Source: an uncultured delta proteobacterium
Lineage (GTDB): Bacteria; Desulfobacterota; Binatia; UBA9968
Length of the DNA: 64,000 nucleotides
Direction: 5' to 3'
Assembly: GCA_963804165.1 (NCBI GenBank)
Contig: CAWDPO010000034.1
Coordinates: 64,001 to 128,000 of the forward strand
The position numbers were made by a program, and so were the translations under genes. This document shows, piece after piece, positions 20,333 to 30,561 of the stretch; the stretch's first letter is position 1; every line of letters begins with the position of its first letter. The notes under the pieces are model-generated. The model searched no databases, was not told the DNA's origin, and saw only the letters and a list, made by a program, of their open reading frames with translations.

Positions 20333-21930
20333 GAGCCTGTGAAAAAATCACTCGCCAAGCAAGCGCTCGTATGAGATTGTCGATTCATGGATGAACAAGT
20401 TTTTATTTTTCCGTGTATGCCAGAGAGTAGTGCGGCTCGGTCCGAGAGGCCACCCCCGAGTGGAGCGCCGAGGGTGTTGACAGCGCAGCGTGATCAGATT
20501 GCGCTTCGGCCGGTGGACCTTGAGGCCACGGTAGGGCCGGAGCATGCGGTGCGCAACGTGTGGGCATTCGTGGAGAGACTGGATTTGTCGGCGCTGTATG
20601 CCGAGATCGGCTCGGTAGAAGGTCGGGCGGGTCGAGCAGCCATTGACCCTAAGATTCTGATGGCGCTGTGGCTGTACGCGACGGTGGATGCAGTGGGGAG
20701 CGCGCGGGAAATCGAACGATTGAGCGAGACGCACGACGCGTATCGATGGATCTGTGGTGGGGTAAATGTGAACCACCACACGTTGTCGGATTTCCGCTGC
20801 GCCCGGGTAGATGTGCTCGACGAGCTGCTCAGCGAAAGTGTCGCGGTGTTGGTCAATAAGGGTTTGGTGCGGCTGGAGTGCGTGGCGCAGGACGGGATAC
20901 GGGTGCGTGCCAGTGCGGGGGCGGGATCTTTTCGCCGCCGCTCGACATTGGAGTTGTGTCTTAAGCAAGCGCGCGCGCAAGTCCAAGCGCTCAAGGACGA
21001 AATCGATGCCGATCCTCATGTTAGCAACCGGCGTCGGTGCGCGGCCCGGGAGCGAGCGAGCAAGGAACGTGAAGCGCGCTTGGCCCAAGCGCTGGAGCAA
21101 TTGGCTGAGGTCGAGAAGCAAAAGAACAAGAAAAAGGGGGAGAAAAAAGAGAACGAGAGCGAGGAGCAATACCGAAAGCGCAGCGAGCCGAGGGCATCGA
21201 GCACCGATGCTCAGGCGCGAGTGATGAAGATGGCGGACGGCGGTTTTCGCCCTGCCTACAACGTGCAGTTGGCGAGCACTCCCCAAAGCCAGATCATTGT
21301 CGGAGTCGAAGTAAACAGCTGCGGCAGCGATGGGGGCCAGCTTTCCCGATGCTCGAGCAAGTCCAACGGCGCTATAAACAACGTCCCGCCGAGTGGTTGG
21401 TCGACGGTGGTTTTGCCAACGATGCTGACATTGAAGATGCCCACAGAGGGGGCACTATCGTCTATGCTCCAGTGCGCCGCCCTAGAAACTCCAGCCGTGA
21501 TCCGTATGTGCCGCTGCCCGATGACAGCCAGGCGCTTGCCCAGTGGCGCCAGCGCATGGGCACTGAGGCGGCCAAGGAGATTTACAAGCAACGCGCCGCC
21601 ACCGCTGAATGTGTGAACGCCATTGCGCGCGGCCGCGGGCTTAGCCAGTTTTTGGTGCGCGGGCTTAACAAGGTCAAAGCGGTGTCGTTGTGGTACGCCC
21701 TCGCGCACAACTTGATGCGGGCAGTGACGCTCATCCAACCGGCGTAACACCTCTTGGCAAAAACCAGCGCACAGACGCAAAACACCACTGCGAGCACCAC
21801 GCCTCCCAGTCTCGCGTTGTACTCGGTGGAGGACAATTGCGCCGCCGGCAACGACGATTTTTCTAAAACCCTGCACTCGGCTCGCGCCAGTGTAGAAGCG
21901 GCCGTTATTTGGATATTTTTTCACAGGCTC
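20333..21930 (+). mobile_element. IS1182 family insertion sequence
   Basis: 16-bp IRs gagcctgtgaaaaaat / attttttcacaggctc; TCA on both flanks; transposase inside. Confidence 0.88.
20387..21747 (+). pseudogene. IS1182 transposase with one frameshift near 21346
   Basis: GRAAIDPKILMALWLYA, AQDG, STDAQARVMK...YNVQ; continues in second frame LVDGGF...YKQRAATAECVNA; one C missing in cagctttcccgatg. Confidence 0.85.
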
Positions 21931-22074
21931 TCAGGATAAACTCCGCCGAAGGAAACCATGAACGGTGTTTTCACACAGTCTGACGGTCGAAATGACAGTA
22001 GTGTAATTTGGCGGTTCGCACACGCTCAGCGAAGCCGTGAGCTGAGCTATCGCGGAGAAATCCTTCCGAATATT

Positions 22075-22509
22075 TTACGCCGGCCGAAACTTCGGCAGGG
22101 TGTAATCCTCGTTATCCTCGTATACCACTTCCACCGGCATGCCGATCTTTACTTGCTCCGGCGCGCAGTCGATGACGTTTGAAATCAGACGCGGGCCTTC
22201 GTCGAGATCGACTAAGGAAACGTTATAAGGTGTCTTGCCCTCGTAGGACGGATGCCAAGCGCGGTGGTAATTGACGAACGAGTAAACTGTGCCCTTGCCG
22301 CTCAACTGTTTCCACTCATAATCCGTCGACAGGCAGTGCGGGCAGGAGCCTTGCGGAGGAAAAGTGAAAAATGTGCCGCAAGCGTTGCAGCGCTGGGCGG
22401 TGAGCTTGTGCTCGCGCAGATTCGCCCAAAAAGGCTTCGCTTCAAGCTCTTCGAGAAAAGGTTTGACGCTAGCGATCGCTCTGCCGCGTTTGTCGCTGGT
22501 TTTGCTCAT
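22075..22509 (-). CDS. DUF35 Zn-ribbon/OB-fold protein, thiolase partner
   Basis: QRCNACG...CPHCLS; VDLDEGPRL; overlaps thiolase stop. Confidence 0.9.
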   Translation of the reverse strand: MSKTSDKRGRAIASVKPFLEELEAKPFWANLREHKLTAQRCNACGTFFTFPPQGSCPHCLSTDYEWKQLSGKGTVYSFVNYHRAWHPSYEGKTPYNVSLVDLDEGPRLISNVIDCAPEQVKIGMPVEVVYEDNEDYTLPKFRPA

Positions 22510-23660
22510 AGTGCCCCCAAGATCAAGCTGGCGTGCATGCACAGGCTACCGCCGTGGCCGCTGACGACGCCGGCTTTGGCGTTTTTTACCTGGCGTTCGG
22601 GTTCGACTTCGTTGCCGCGCAGTTGGCGCACGGCTTCGGTGACGTGCAGCATGCCTTCGATGTGCGCTTGCGAGAGCAGGCCGCCATGGGTATTGACCGG
22701 CAATTCACCGCCGACTTCGATGCGGCCGTTCTTGACGAAGTCTTTGCCTTCGCCTTTTTTGCAAAAGCCGTAATCCTCCAACGTGATCATCGTCGTGATC
22801 GTGAAGCAGTCATAGATCTCGGCGAAGTTCATGTCGTGAGGTCGCAAGCCGGCCATTTTGTAGGCCAGCTCTGAGGACTTCTTGCCGCCTAAAGTGGTGA
22901 GACTGGGCGCGTCCATCAAACTGAAGTGCGGATGATGCTGTCCCATGCCGAGAATCGCCACGGGTTTTTTCGGAAAGTCGCGCGCGCGCTCGGCGCTGGT
23001 GACGATCACCGCGCCGCCGCCGTCGGATTCGAGCGCGCAATCGAACAGACGCAGCGGCTCGCATATAAAGCGCGACGCTTGATGATCCGCGATGGTCATG
23101 GGTTTGCGCATCGTGGCGTTGTTGTTCATGCAAGCGTGTTTGCGCGTCGCGACGGCGACATGGGCGAGATCCTCGCTGGTGGTGCCGAACTCGTACATGT
23201 GACGCTGCGCCGCGAAAGCGTGGTTGGCTACCGCCGAGAAATGCCCCCACGGCTCCTCCCAATGCTCGTCGCCATGGCGGATTGGATTTCCCGGGGTGGG
23301 ATCGGGGGTTGCGCGCTTGCGCGCATGCACGCACAGCACCGTATTCGCCATCCCAGCTTCGATGGCCATGACCGCATTCTGCACCATGGCGATGGGCGTT
23401 GCGCCGCCTAGGGCGAGGTCCGTGGCATAGCTCGGGCTCATGCGCGCCATGTTCGCCATGCGGACGGCGTAGCTTCGATGGGCATCGTTGAGCGGCTGAT
23501 TGGTGATGAAACCGTCGACGTCGCTTGCTTTGATGCCGGCGTCGTCCAGACAGGTCTTGATGCATTCGAGATGCAGCGAATGCGTACTCGCATCGGGTCG
23601 CTTGCCGACTTTGGTTTCAGCGACGCCGACGATCGCATATTTGCCGCTGATATTGCTCAT
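22506..23660 (-). CDS. SCP-x/Ltp2-type thiolase family protein
   Basis: DCALESDGG, EIYDCFT, NTHGGLLSQAH. Confidence 0.9.
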   Translation of the reverse strand: MSNISGKYAIVGVAETKVGKRPDASTHSLHLECIKTCLDDAGIKASDVDGFITNQPLNDAHRSYAVRMANMARMSPSYATDLALGGATPIAMVQNAVMAIEAGMANTVLCVHARKRATPDPTPGNPIRHGDEHWEEPWGHFSAVANHAFAAQRHMYEFGTTSEDLAHVAVATRKHACMNNNATMRKPMTIADHQASRFICEPLRLFDCALESDGGGAVIVTSAERARDFPKKPVAILGMGQHHPHFSLMDAPSLTTLGGKKSSELAYKMAGLRPHDMNFAEIYDCFTITTMITLEDYGFCKKGEGKDFVKNGRIEVGGELPVNTHGGLLSQAHIEGMLHVTEAVRQLRGNEVEPERQVKNAKAGVVSGHGGSLCMHASLILGAL

Positions 23661-23679
23661 GGGGTCCTCCGGATGATGC

Positions 23680-23759
23680 TTGGAGTGATGGAGTATCGGA
23701 GTGTTGAGACATTGGGCGGAAGCGCGTCACTCCAGTCCTCTAACACTGCAATACTCCAA
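23680..23759. repeat. inverted TGGAGTNN 8-mer repeat
   Basis: tggagtgatggagtatcggagtg ... cactccag...atactcca. Confidence 0.75.
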
Positions 23760-23776
23760 GTCGTGCAATTTTGAAA

Positions 23777-24790
23777 CTACCTAGCGGATTGAGCGAGGCT
23801 TTTTGTGAAGCCGGTTTTCTCGAGCTCGGCGATGAAGCTGGCGTCCATGAATGCTTCGGGTTTGTGGTTCCATACGTCGGGACGTTGTTGCGCGACGTAC
23901 TCGTAAGTCGGCTGCAAGCCTTGGGTGATCGGGTAGGGGACGGAGATGAAATCTTTCCGATAAATCTCGTAGGAGCCTTCCAGCAATTCGCGATCGTTGG
24001 TCTTCAAGTATTTGCTCAGCACTTTCATACTGAACTCTTTGTTGCTCTTCAGCAGATGAATACCCTCCACGTGCGCCTTGAGCATGCGCATCACGCCGTC
24101 GCGGTCGTCGATGGTGTGTTTTCGGCGGGTGACGATCGACATCGACGGATAGCTGACTTCCTGTTTCGCATCCCACAATATGCGGTAGCCTTTTCGCTCC
24201 GCTTGGACGTCGGCGGGATGGGACAGATCCGCGGCATCGACTGCGCCGTTGAACAAAGCCTGCAGCCTGTCGGGTTGAGTGCCGATGGCGAGCATGATCA
24301 TGTCTTTGACCGGATCCATGCCGTACTTCTTGATGATGTAGCGCTCGAGAAAATCTCCGAGAGAGCCGAATCCAGAAACCGCAATGCGCTTGCCGCGGAG
24401 GTCCTCCGGTTTTTTTATATCCGGGCGCACGAGCAACTTGCTCTGCACGCCGGCGACGGTGTGGGCCACCGTGACAAGATCGGCACCGCTCAAGTTGGCG
24501 CCCATGACGGTCGTCAGCGTGCAGGGCGCGCCGAGGATACTGCCGCCGATGATTGCTTGCGCCGATTGTCCCGAGCCGCGCAGTAGCACCAGCTCGGCCT
24601 CCAAACCATACTTCTCGTAGAGTTTGGCTTCTTTGGCGATCCACGGAATCCACTGCGACGCGGAAAGCGAAGTAACACCCCAGTGAAATTTCCTGAGCGG
24701 CTTGTCTTGCGCGTAAGCTGCAGCCGCGGAGAGACTCGTGAATAAAAGAAGCACAATTGAACAAAAATATGTCTGGCTGTTTTTGAACAC
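23777..24790 (-). CDS. ABC substrate-binding protein, NMT1-like
   Basis: Signal peptide; WIAKEAKLYEKYGL, LRGKRIAV; GTG start after GAGG. Confidence 0.85.
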   Translation of the reverse strand: MFKNSQTYFCSIVLLLFTSLSAAAAYAQDKPLRKFHWGVTSLSASQWIPWIAKEAKLYEKYGLEAELVLLRGSGQSAQAIIGGSILGAPCTLTTVMGANLSGADLVTVAHTVAGVQSKLLVRPDIKKPEDLRGKRIAVSGFGSLGDFLERYIIKKYGMDPVKDMIMLAIGTQPDRLQALFNGAVDAADLSHPADVQAERKGYRILWDAKQEVSYPSMSIVTRRKHTIDDRDGVMRMLKAHVEGIHLLKSNKEFSMKVLSKYLKTNDRELLEGSYEIYRKDFISVPYPITQGLQPTYEYVAQQRPDVWNHKPEAFMDASFIAELEKTGFTKSLAQSAR

Positions 24791-24798
24791 GCTTACCT

Positions 24799-24828
24799 CG
24801 GAGGGCAGACACATAGGTCTGCCCCTAC
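24799..24828. repeat. GTAG-type REP hairpin
   Basis: gagggcagac acata ggtctgcccctac. Confidence 0.6.
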
Positions 24829-24854
24829 AAAACAAAACCATACCGTTTGTTTTT

Positions 24855-24898
24855 CTGTTGCCTGTTGCCTCGCGCCTGTTGCCTCAAGCCTCACGCCT
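24855..24898. repeat. degenerate 7-mer tandem repeat (CTNNNGC) x6
   Basis: ctgttgc ctgttgc ctcgcgc ctgttgc ctcaagc ctcacgc. Confidence 0.65.
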
Positions 24899-25982
24899 AA
24901 ATGTTATACAACCGCGCCGCGTTGTCGCACATAAGTTTACGCAGCTGACTTGCGCTCAGATTCTTACGCTCCGTGACTGATTCCACGGTGTGGGGAAACT
25001 TGCTATCGCCGTGGTTGTAGTCGGAAGCGAAAACTAGCCGATCTTCGCCGACGAAATCCATGACGAAGTTCAAAGTGTATTCATCGGGTTCGAACGAATA
25101 GTAAACCTGCTCGCTGCGCATGTAATCGCTCGGCGGCTTTTTCATCAGCGGCACGGTCGGCTGTAGATACTCATAGTGTTCGTCCAAACGTTCCATCCAG
25201 TAGGGCACCCAACCGGCGCCGGCTTCGAGAAAGGCCACTTTCAATTTTGGATAGAGCTCCAGGATGCCGCCGCCAACGATGCACATGACGCCGATCATCT
25301 GCTCGAAGGCATGGGTGGTGGCGTGGACAAAAAAAGCGTTATCGAAGCGATCGGCAGCGGCCGCTGGCCTGCCCGAACCGACGTGCACGCATACGGGAAT
25401 GCCGAGTTCTTCAGCCTTGGCATAGAAGGGGTAGAAATCAGGATGGTCCAAATTCCGTCCCGCTGAATGGGCGGAAGTCGCGACGGCGACAAAACCCAAC
25501 TCTTTGACGCAGCGTTCGAGTTCCTTCACGGCTTCTTTGGGCTCCTGCATGGCGACCAGCGCCACACCTTTTAAGCGCTTCGGGTTGGTCTTACAGTAGC
25601 TGTCAAGCCAGGTGTTGTAGGCGTGTGCGATCGCACAGGCGAGATCGTGGTTTTCGAGGAACGGCAAGCTAAGAAACACAGTGGTGCCGAAGTTGACCGC
25701 GGTGTCGATCTTTTCGAGATCCATGTCTTTGATGCGCTGAATCGGGTCGAACATCCCCGTGGTTTTCTGCGGCCTGCGGCTATAGGGCGCGGTGCCGATG
25801 CCGAGACCGGTTCCTGAAGGCTTCGCCCAGATTTTTCCTTCCAACAGCAGTTGCTCCTTGCCGTCGGGGCCCGCGATCATTTTTGGCGCATGCTTTCTAT
25901 AGGGCGCATCCAATAGCTCCTGCCAGTCGGCATCGCGTTCCTGCACGTGTCCGTCGGCGTCGATGATGCGAAGATTGTCCAT
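24897..25982 (-). CDS. amidohydrolase family protein
   Basis: IIDADGHV, CVHVG, FLEAG, FASDYNHGD. Confidence 0.9.
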   Translation of the reverse strand: MDNLRIIDADGHVQERDADWQELLDAPYRKHAPKMIAGPDGKEQLLLEGKIWAKPSGTGLGIGTAPYSRRPQKTTGMFDPIQRIKDMDLEKIDTAVNFGTTVFLSLPFLENHDLACAIAHAYNTWLDSYCKTNPKRLKGVALVAMQEPKEAVKELERCVKELGFVAVATSAHSAGRNLDHPDFYPFYAKAEELGIPVCVHVGSGRPAAAADRFDNAFFVHATTHAFEQMIGVMCIVGGGILELYPKLKVAFLEAGAGWVPYWMERLDEHYEYLQPTVPLMKKPPSDYMRSEQVYYSFEPDEYTLNFVMDFVGEDRLVFASDYNHGDSKFPHTVESVTERKNLSASQLRKLMCDNAARLYNI

Positions 25983-26048
25983 GCTTGTTCTCCTTGAACT
26001 GATTTGCCGTAGGTTTCGCTTAAGGACGAACGAGTAACAGGCAAAAAT

Positions 26049-26077
26049 GTAGAGGCGGGTTTGAAACCCGCCCCTAC
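26049..26077. repeat. GTAG-type REP hairpin
   Basis: gtagaggcgggtttgaaacccgcccctac. Confidence 0.7.
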
Positions 26078-26098
26078 TCCTGCCACAACCAAGATCTC

Positions 26099-27145
26099 CT
26101 ATTTCCGCGTGATCCCGAGCAAAAGTTTATCCCACTTCTCCAAATCCTTTTCATACTGCTCCGTCGTCAATCCGCGCTCGGGGCGCCATTTCTTGAATCC
26201 GTAGTCTTTTGTGCCGCTGCCATAATAGTACTTCTCCAACACCTGTTGGCCTGACGGGCTCAAAAGAAAATCCGCCATCAGCAGCGCAGCGTGAGGGTGA
26301 GGTGGGTTTGCGGCGACGGCTGCGCTGCCGACATTCGTGGGAACCAGGTCCATCGGCACCCACTCCACGGGCGCGCCCTTCGATGCCGCCAATAGAGTGT
26401 GAGTCTGAAAAATCGCCGGCGAAGCCACGATCTCGCCGGTGGTGATCGTGTTCACCAAAGCCGGCGCGTCGATGGAGTAGAGCTTGATCTCCTGCCCCTT
26501 GAGCTTGCGCACCATCTCTTCGCCTCTCGACTTGATCATCGCGCCAACGATCTTGTCGCTCGTCTGGCCGACGCTGATGCCCATCTTACCTTTAAGCGCT
26601 GGGTGGAAAAGTCCGTCGAAATTCTTCGGCACGGCGTCTTTCGGCACGATAGATTTGTTGTAGGTGAAGCCGATATAAGATTCCCGCGCCAGCGCCCAGT
26701 AGACGAGGTTTTTGTCGGCGCGCTCCTTTCCATCTTCAGGGTACTTGTCCAGGTAGGGGGAATCGTAGGGGCGCAGCAGTTTGTCGTCGCGCAAGAAAAT
26801 GAGGCTTCCCTCGGTGGTCTCGATCGTGTCCGCGATATTTCGCCGCGCTTTGGCTTCTTCCTGCATACGCACGACCAAGTCGGCTCCCTGGGCTCGGTAC
26901 GAATCTACCTTCACGCCCGGATATTTGCTCTCGAACGCCTTGACCAACTCCTTGTAGGAGTCGCCGGCGAGAGATGTGTACCAAACGATCCTGCCTTCCG
27001 TCTTGGCGCCGGCATAAAGCACGGCCTCCCGATCGGCGCCGCGATAGGTGACTAACTCGGCGATCGTGGACGGCTTGCGCGCTTGTCCCCAAGCGCTGTT
27101 TGACAGAAAGAGAAGAGTAAAAATGAATAAACTTATGATTTTCAT
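26099..27145 (-). CDS. extracellular solute-binding protein (Fe3+/thiamine-like class)
   Basis: Signal peptide; GAKTEGRIVWYTS, PHPHAALLMADFLLS. Confidence 0.85.
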   Translation of the reverse strand: MKIISLFIFTLLFLSNSAWGQARKPSTIAELVTYRGADREAVLYAGAKTEGRIVWYTSLAGDSYKELVKAFESKYPGVKVDSYRAQGADLVVRMQEEAKARRNIADTIETTEGSLIFLRDDKLLRPYDSPYLDKYPEDGKERADKNLVYWALARESYIGFTYNKSIVPKDAVPKNFDGLFHPALKGKMGISVGQTSDKIVGAMIKSRGEEMVRKLKGQEIKLYSIDAPALVNTITTGEIVASPAIFQTHTLLAASKGAPVEWVPMDLVPTNVGSAAVAANPPHPHAALLMADFLLSPSGQQVLEKYYYGSGTKDYGFKKWRPERGLTTEQYEKDLEKWDKLLLGITRK

Positions 27146-27214
27146 TTCATCGTCTCCTTTGCCGCAGGGTTAGTGGATCGTTATCTATCTGCGTGCTTCA
27201 CGTCATCAAAGCCG

Positions 27215-28216
27215 TCACTGGTTCTTCCAAAAGATTTCCCGGAACAGTTTGTTGTGCTCCTCATAGCTGTCCGACAACGTCCAGTCGGCGGGAAAAAGTT
27301 TGAGTCCCCGAAGATATTCCGGCTGAAACTTAGGGATGGCCGGCGGCTTGTCCATCGCGAGAATCTGCCGCTGTCCCTCATCCGAGGCGAGATAGTTCAT
27401 GAACAGTCTCGCTGCCGCGGGATGCTTGGCCTCACGGGTAACCGCGGCGGAAACCAGAACAGTAATGTAGGGCTCTGCTCTGACCCACTCTATTGGCGCG
27501 CCTTTGCTCTTGAGCTCCTCGGTGCGGGCAATGTCGCTGTACACGATGATTGGAAACTCGCCGGCGGTCAGCAGCAGTGCTTGTTTGCTGTGGCCGTTGA
27601 TCAAGATCAGATCTTGTTGCGCGAGTTTCTTGAAGTAATCAGTTGCCTTCTTGCTTCCTGCAAACTGCATGTGCGCCTGGGTCACCAGATATTCCTCCCG
27701 CTCGAGGGAGATGCGCCCCTTCCATTTTGGCTGCAGCAGATCTTCGAAGGAGGTGGGCGCGTCAGCTTTCGGCACGAGTTTGGAGTTGTAGGTGATCGCG
27801 TACGGCACCAGATAGAAGCCGATCCAGTAGCCCTGCTTGTCGATGAATCCGGGCGGGAAGTTTCCGGCACCTGGCGGCGTGTAGCTCGTGATGATGTTTC
27901 TTTTCATGAAGATTCGGTGCGTGTAATTATTGATCAAAACAACGTCAGCACTGAGCTGGCGCGCCGACACTTCGCGCAGAATCTTCGACGTGAGCGCCTC
28001 GCCGGTTGTGCGGGAGTACTGCACTTTGAGAAATGGATAGCGGCGCTTGAAAGGTTCGGCGAATTTGTCGAACTGACCCGCCAGCGCCGTGCCGTAGAGG
28101 ACGAGCTCGCGCTCGTTTTGTGCCTTGGCGATGAGATCGTCCTGTGCCAGCGCTTCGGAGGCTTGCCATCCCCAGAAAAGCGAAAGCGCTATCACAATGT
28201 GCGCACTGGACTTCAT
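27215..28216 (-). CDS. extracellular solute-binding protein
   Basis: DLLQPKWKG, KHPAAARLFMNYL. Confidence 0.85.
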   Translation of the reverse strand: MKSSAHIVIALSLFWGWQASEALAQDDLIAKAQNERELVLYGTALAGQFDKFAEPFKRRYPFLKVQYSRTTGEALTSKILREVSARQLSADVVLINNYTHRIFMKRNIITSYTPPGAGNFPPGFIDKQGYWIGFYLVPYAITYNSKLVPKADAPTSFEDLLQPKWKGRISLEREEYLVTQAHMQFAGSKKATDYFKKLAQQDLILINGHSKQALLLTAGEFPIIVYSDIARTEELKSKGAPIEWVRAEPYITVLVSAAVTREAKHPAAARLFMNYLASDEGQRQILAMDKPPAIPKFQPEYLRGLKLFPADWTLSDSYEEHNKLFREIFWKNQ

Positions 28217-28418
28217 TGGATTTTCGCCGACTCCGAATCGTCATAGTCCGATTCACGTCCGGCTGTCAACTTTTTTGCCGCGGTGAATGGCGATCTTTCA
28301 CGCCAAAACCTGGCGGCTCCATTGCCGCGATCAGTTCATTCGTGAGATATTGACTCTCGAAGGATGAATACCGGGCTGAAATCGAAAGCATTGCCAGACA
28401 AACGGGTGGAGAATCCAA

Positions 28419-29471
28419 ATGAGTGAACTGAAAATTTACATCCTTGCCGCACTGATGGTCGCAATCATGAGCCCATCGGGTTGGGGACAAGTCAGAAGGC
28501 CGAAGACGCTCGATGAGTTGGCAGCCTACAGCGGCGCGGATCGCCATCAGATACTTCTCGATGGCGCCAAAGCGGAAGGGAAGATCGTCTGGTACACCTC
28601 GCTTTCCGGCGTTTACCGCGAGATGGTCGACTCCTTCAAACGACGGTACCCGGACATAGCGGTCGAAGTCTATCGCGGCGGTAGCACGGATCTCGGGCCG
28701 CGTTTACTCAATGAGGCGCAAGCGGGAAGGCACGTCGCCGACGCACTGGAAAGCACTCCGGGTTTGTTGATGCTGCTCCGCGAGCGCGGTTTGCTCAAAG
28801 CTTATGCATCTCCTGAGCTGGCGAGATATCCCGACGATGCAAAGACGAAAGCCGACGGCACGCGTATTTACTGGGTGACCGATCGTGAGGCGTATTTGGG
28901 ATTCGGCTACAACACGCGTTTGGTTGCGCCGGCGGAGGTACCGAAGAATTTTCAAGATCTTTTGAGGCCCGAACTTAAAGGAAAACTCGCGGTGACTACA
29001 GAAAGCTCGACTAGCCGAGTAATCGGCACCATGATCAAGCACAAGGGCGAAGAGTTCGTGAAACGCATGCGCGCGCAGGAGATACGTTTGTTCAAGGCCT
29101 CGAGCGCGGGCTTTCTTGATCTCATCGCGGCCGGCGAAGTTGCCGGATCATTCGTGGTGTTTCAGAATCAAGTAACGGTGAAGAAGGAGAAGAAAGCGCC
29201 GGTGGATTGGGTGGCGCTCGACGTGGTGCCGGCCAACGCCGGCGGCTCGGCCATCATCGCCAACGCGCCGCATCCGCATGCGGCACTGCTTTTCACCGAC
29301 TTTGTGATCGGCGCGGAAGGGCAGAAACTGATGGAACAGTTTCGCTACGGCGTGGCCTGGAAAGACTATCCGTTTAAAAGAGAATATCCCGAACGCGGCA
29401 TGACCAGCACTGATTACGAGAACGCAGAGGATAAGTGGCTGCAGTTAACGCGATCGATCACGAAGAAGTGA
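28419..29471 (+). CDS. extracellular solute-binding protein, paralog of 26099-27145
   Basis: GAKAEGKIVWYTS, PHPHAALLFTDF. Confidence 0.85.
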   Translation: MSELKIYILAALMVAIMSPSGWGQVRRPKTLDELAAYSGADRHQILLDGAKAEGKIVWYTSLSGVYREMVDSFKRRYPDIAVEVYRGGSTDLGPRLLNEAQAGRHVADALESTPGLLMLLRERGLLKAYASPELARYPDDAKTKADGTRIYWVTDREAYLGFGYNTRLVAPAEVPKNFQDLLRPELKGKLAVTTESSTSRVIGTMIKHKGEEFVKRMRAQEIRLFKASSAGFLDLIAAGEVAGSFVVFQNQVTVKKEKKAPVDWVALDVVPANAGGSAIIANAPHPHAALLFTDFVIGAEGQKLMEQFRYGVAWKDYPFKREYPERGMTSTDYENAEDKWLQLTRSITKK

Positions 29472-29481
29472 AAAATTCAAA

Positions 29482-29566
29482 TTGGAGTCCTGGAGTGTTG
29501 GAGTAATGGAGTATTGGGTGGGGAGGGTGGCCCATCACTCCACCACTCCAATACTCCATCACTCCA
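29482..29566. repeat. inverted TGGAGTNN 8-mer repeat
   Basis: 4 tggagt units then 4 actcca units. Confidence 0.8.
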
Positions 29567-29570
29567 GTCT

Positions 29571-30449
29571 TTACTGTTTCGCTCTTGGTCCGAACGGTTC
29601 GGGTTGAAACGGCGCATCGCGTTCTTTCAGAAAAGCTTCCAAACCGCCTTTTTTTTTGGCGTCTTCCAACCGTTTGTTGAATTCTTCACGCTTGGTCAGC
29701 CGCGCCATCGCCGCAAGCTCGCTGTTGAGCATCCAGGCTTTCCTTAGTCCCATCATTTCCAGCCCTTGGGTCGAGATGTGTAAGTTAATCTTGACCGTTT
29801 CCGGCGGCACGTGCGCGACCCGCTCGACAAATTTGAAGCAGGTTTCCAGCAATTCGCTTTTCGGCACGACTTGATTGACTAAACCGATGCGCAGCGCTTC
29901 TTGAGCGTCAACGTGATCGCCGGTCAGTGAATAGCGCAGCGCGTTCTTGAATCCGGCGAGCGCAACCCAAATGAAATCCGTGTTCGCGCCGTGGCGTACT
30001 TCGGGCTGGCCGAAGACCGCATCGTCCGCGGCAATGGTCACATGGCAGGTGAGCGCCAGCCATGATCCCGCGCCGAAACACCAACCGCTGACCGCGCCGA
30101 CGATCGGCTTCGGATACTGCCAGCGATAGAGCTGGCGGCCGAGAATATCTTTACGGTCCGAGTCGCGAAACTTGTTGTACGTCGCGTTAAGCGAAGTTCC
30201 GGCAGGGATGCCGTAAGGCCAGGCGGTTTCTGGTTCGGCGCCGCTGATATCTTCCCCCGTAGAGAATGCCCCGCCCGCGCCGGTAATGACGACAGCCCTG
30301 ATCTCGGGATCGGTTTCAGCTTCCGCCAAGGCTTGATCGAGCTCGTCCATCAACTCTTCGTTCATCGCGTTCAAAGCCTGAGGCCGGTTGAGAGTAATGA
30401 GCACGCCTTTCCGTTGCTTCTGGTAAAGAATGTTTTGATAGTTAGCCAT
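29571..30449 (-). CDS. enoyl-CoA hydratase/isomerase family protein (paralog 1)
   Basis: ITLNRPQALNA, AFSTGED, FGQPE, EALRIGLV. Confidence 0.9.
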   Translation of the reverse strand: MANYQNILYQKQRKGVLITLNRPQALNAMNEELMDELDQALAEAETDPEIRAVVITGAGGAFSTGEDISGAEPETAWPYGIPAGTSLNATYNKFRDSDRKDILGRQLYRWQYPKPIVGAVSGWCFGAGSWLALTCHVTIAADDAVFGQPEVRHGANTDFIWVALAGFKNALRYSLTGDHVDAQEALRIGLVNQVVPKSELLETCFKFVERVAHVPPETVKINLHISTQGLEMMGLRKAWMLNSELAAMARLTKREEFNKRLEDAKKKGGLEAFLKERDAPFQPEPFGPRAKQ

Positions 30450-30475
30450 GTGTCGCTCCCTGTTAGAATCGTTAA

Positions 30476-30561
30476 TTGGAATGATGGAGTAGTGGAGTGT
30501 TGGAGTATTGGGTTCGGAAATTCTTTTCCATCACTCCAGTTACTCAATACTCCATTACTCC
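30476..30561. repeat. inverted TGGAGTNN 8-mer repeat
   Basis: tggagtagtggagtgttggagta ... cactccag...atactccattactcc. Confidence 0.8.

Larger units (their letters stand above)
20206..21982. mobile_element. MITE-like element with 15-bp IRs and 4-bp ACGG flanking repeat, hosting the IS1182
   Basis: catactgtgtgaaaa 20206-20220 / ttttcacacagtctg 21968-21982; acgg at 20202-20205 and 21983-21986. Confidence 0.7.

Noticed and set aside
21340-21352. Programmed frameshift in IS1182 transposase
   Set aside because: No slippery heptamer; the family normally uses one ORF; a single-base loss in a C run explains it
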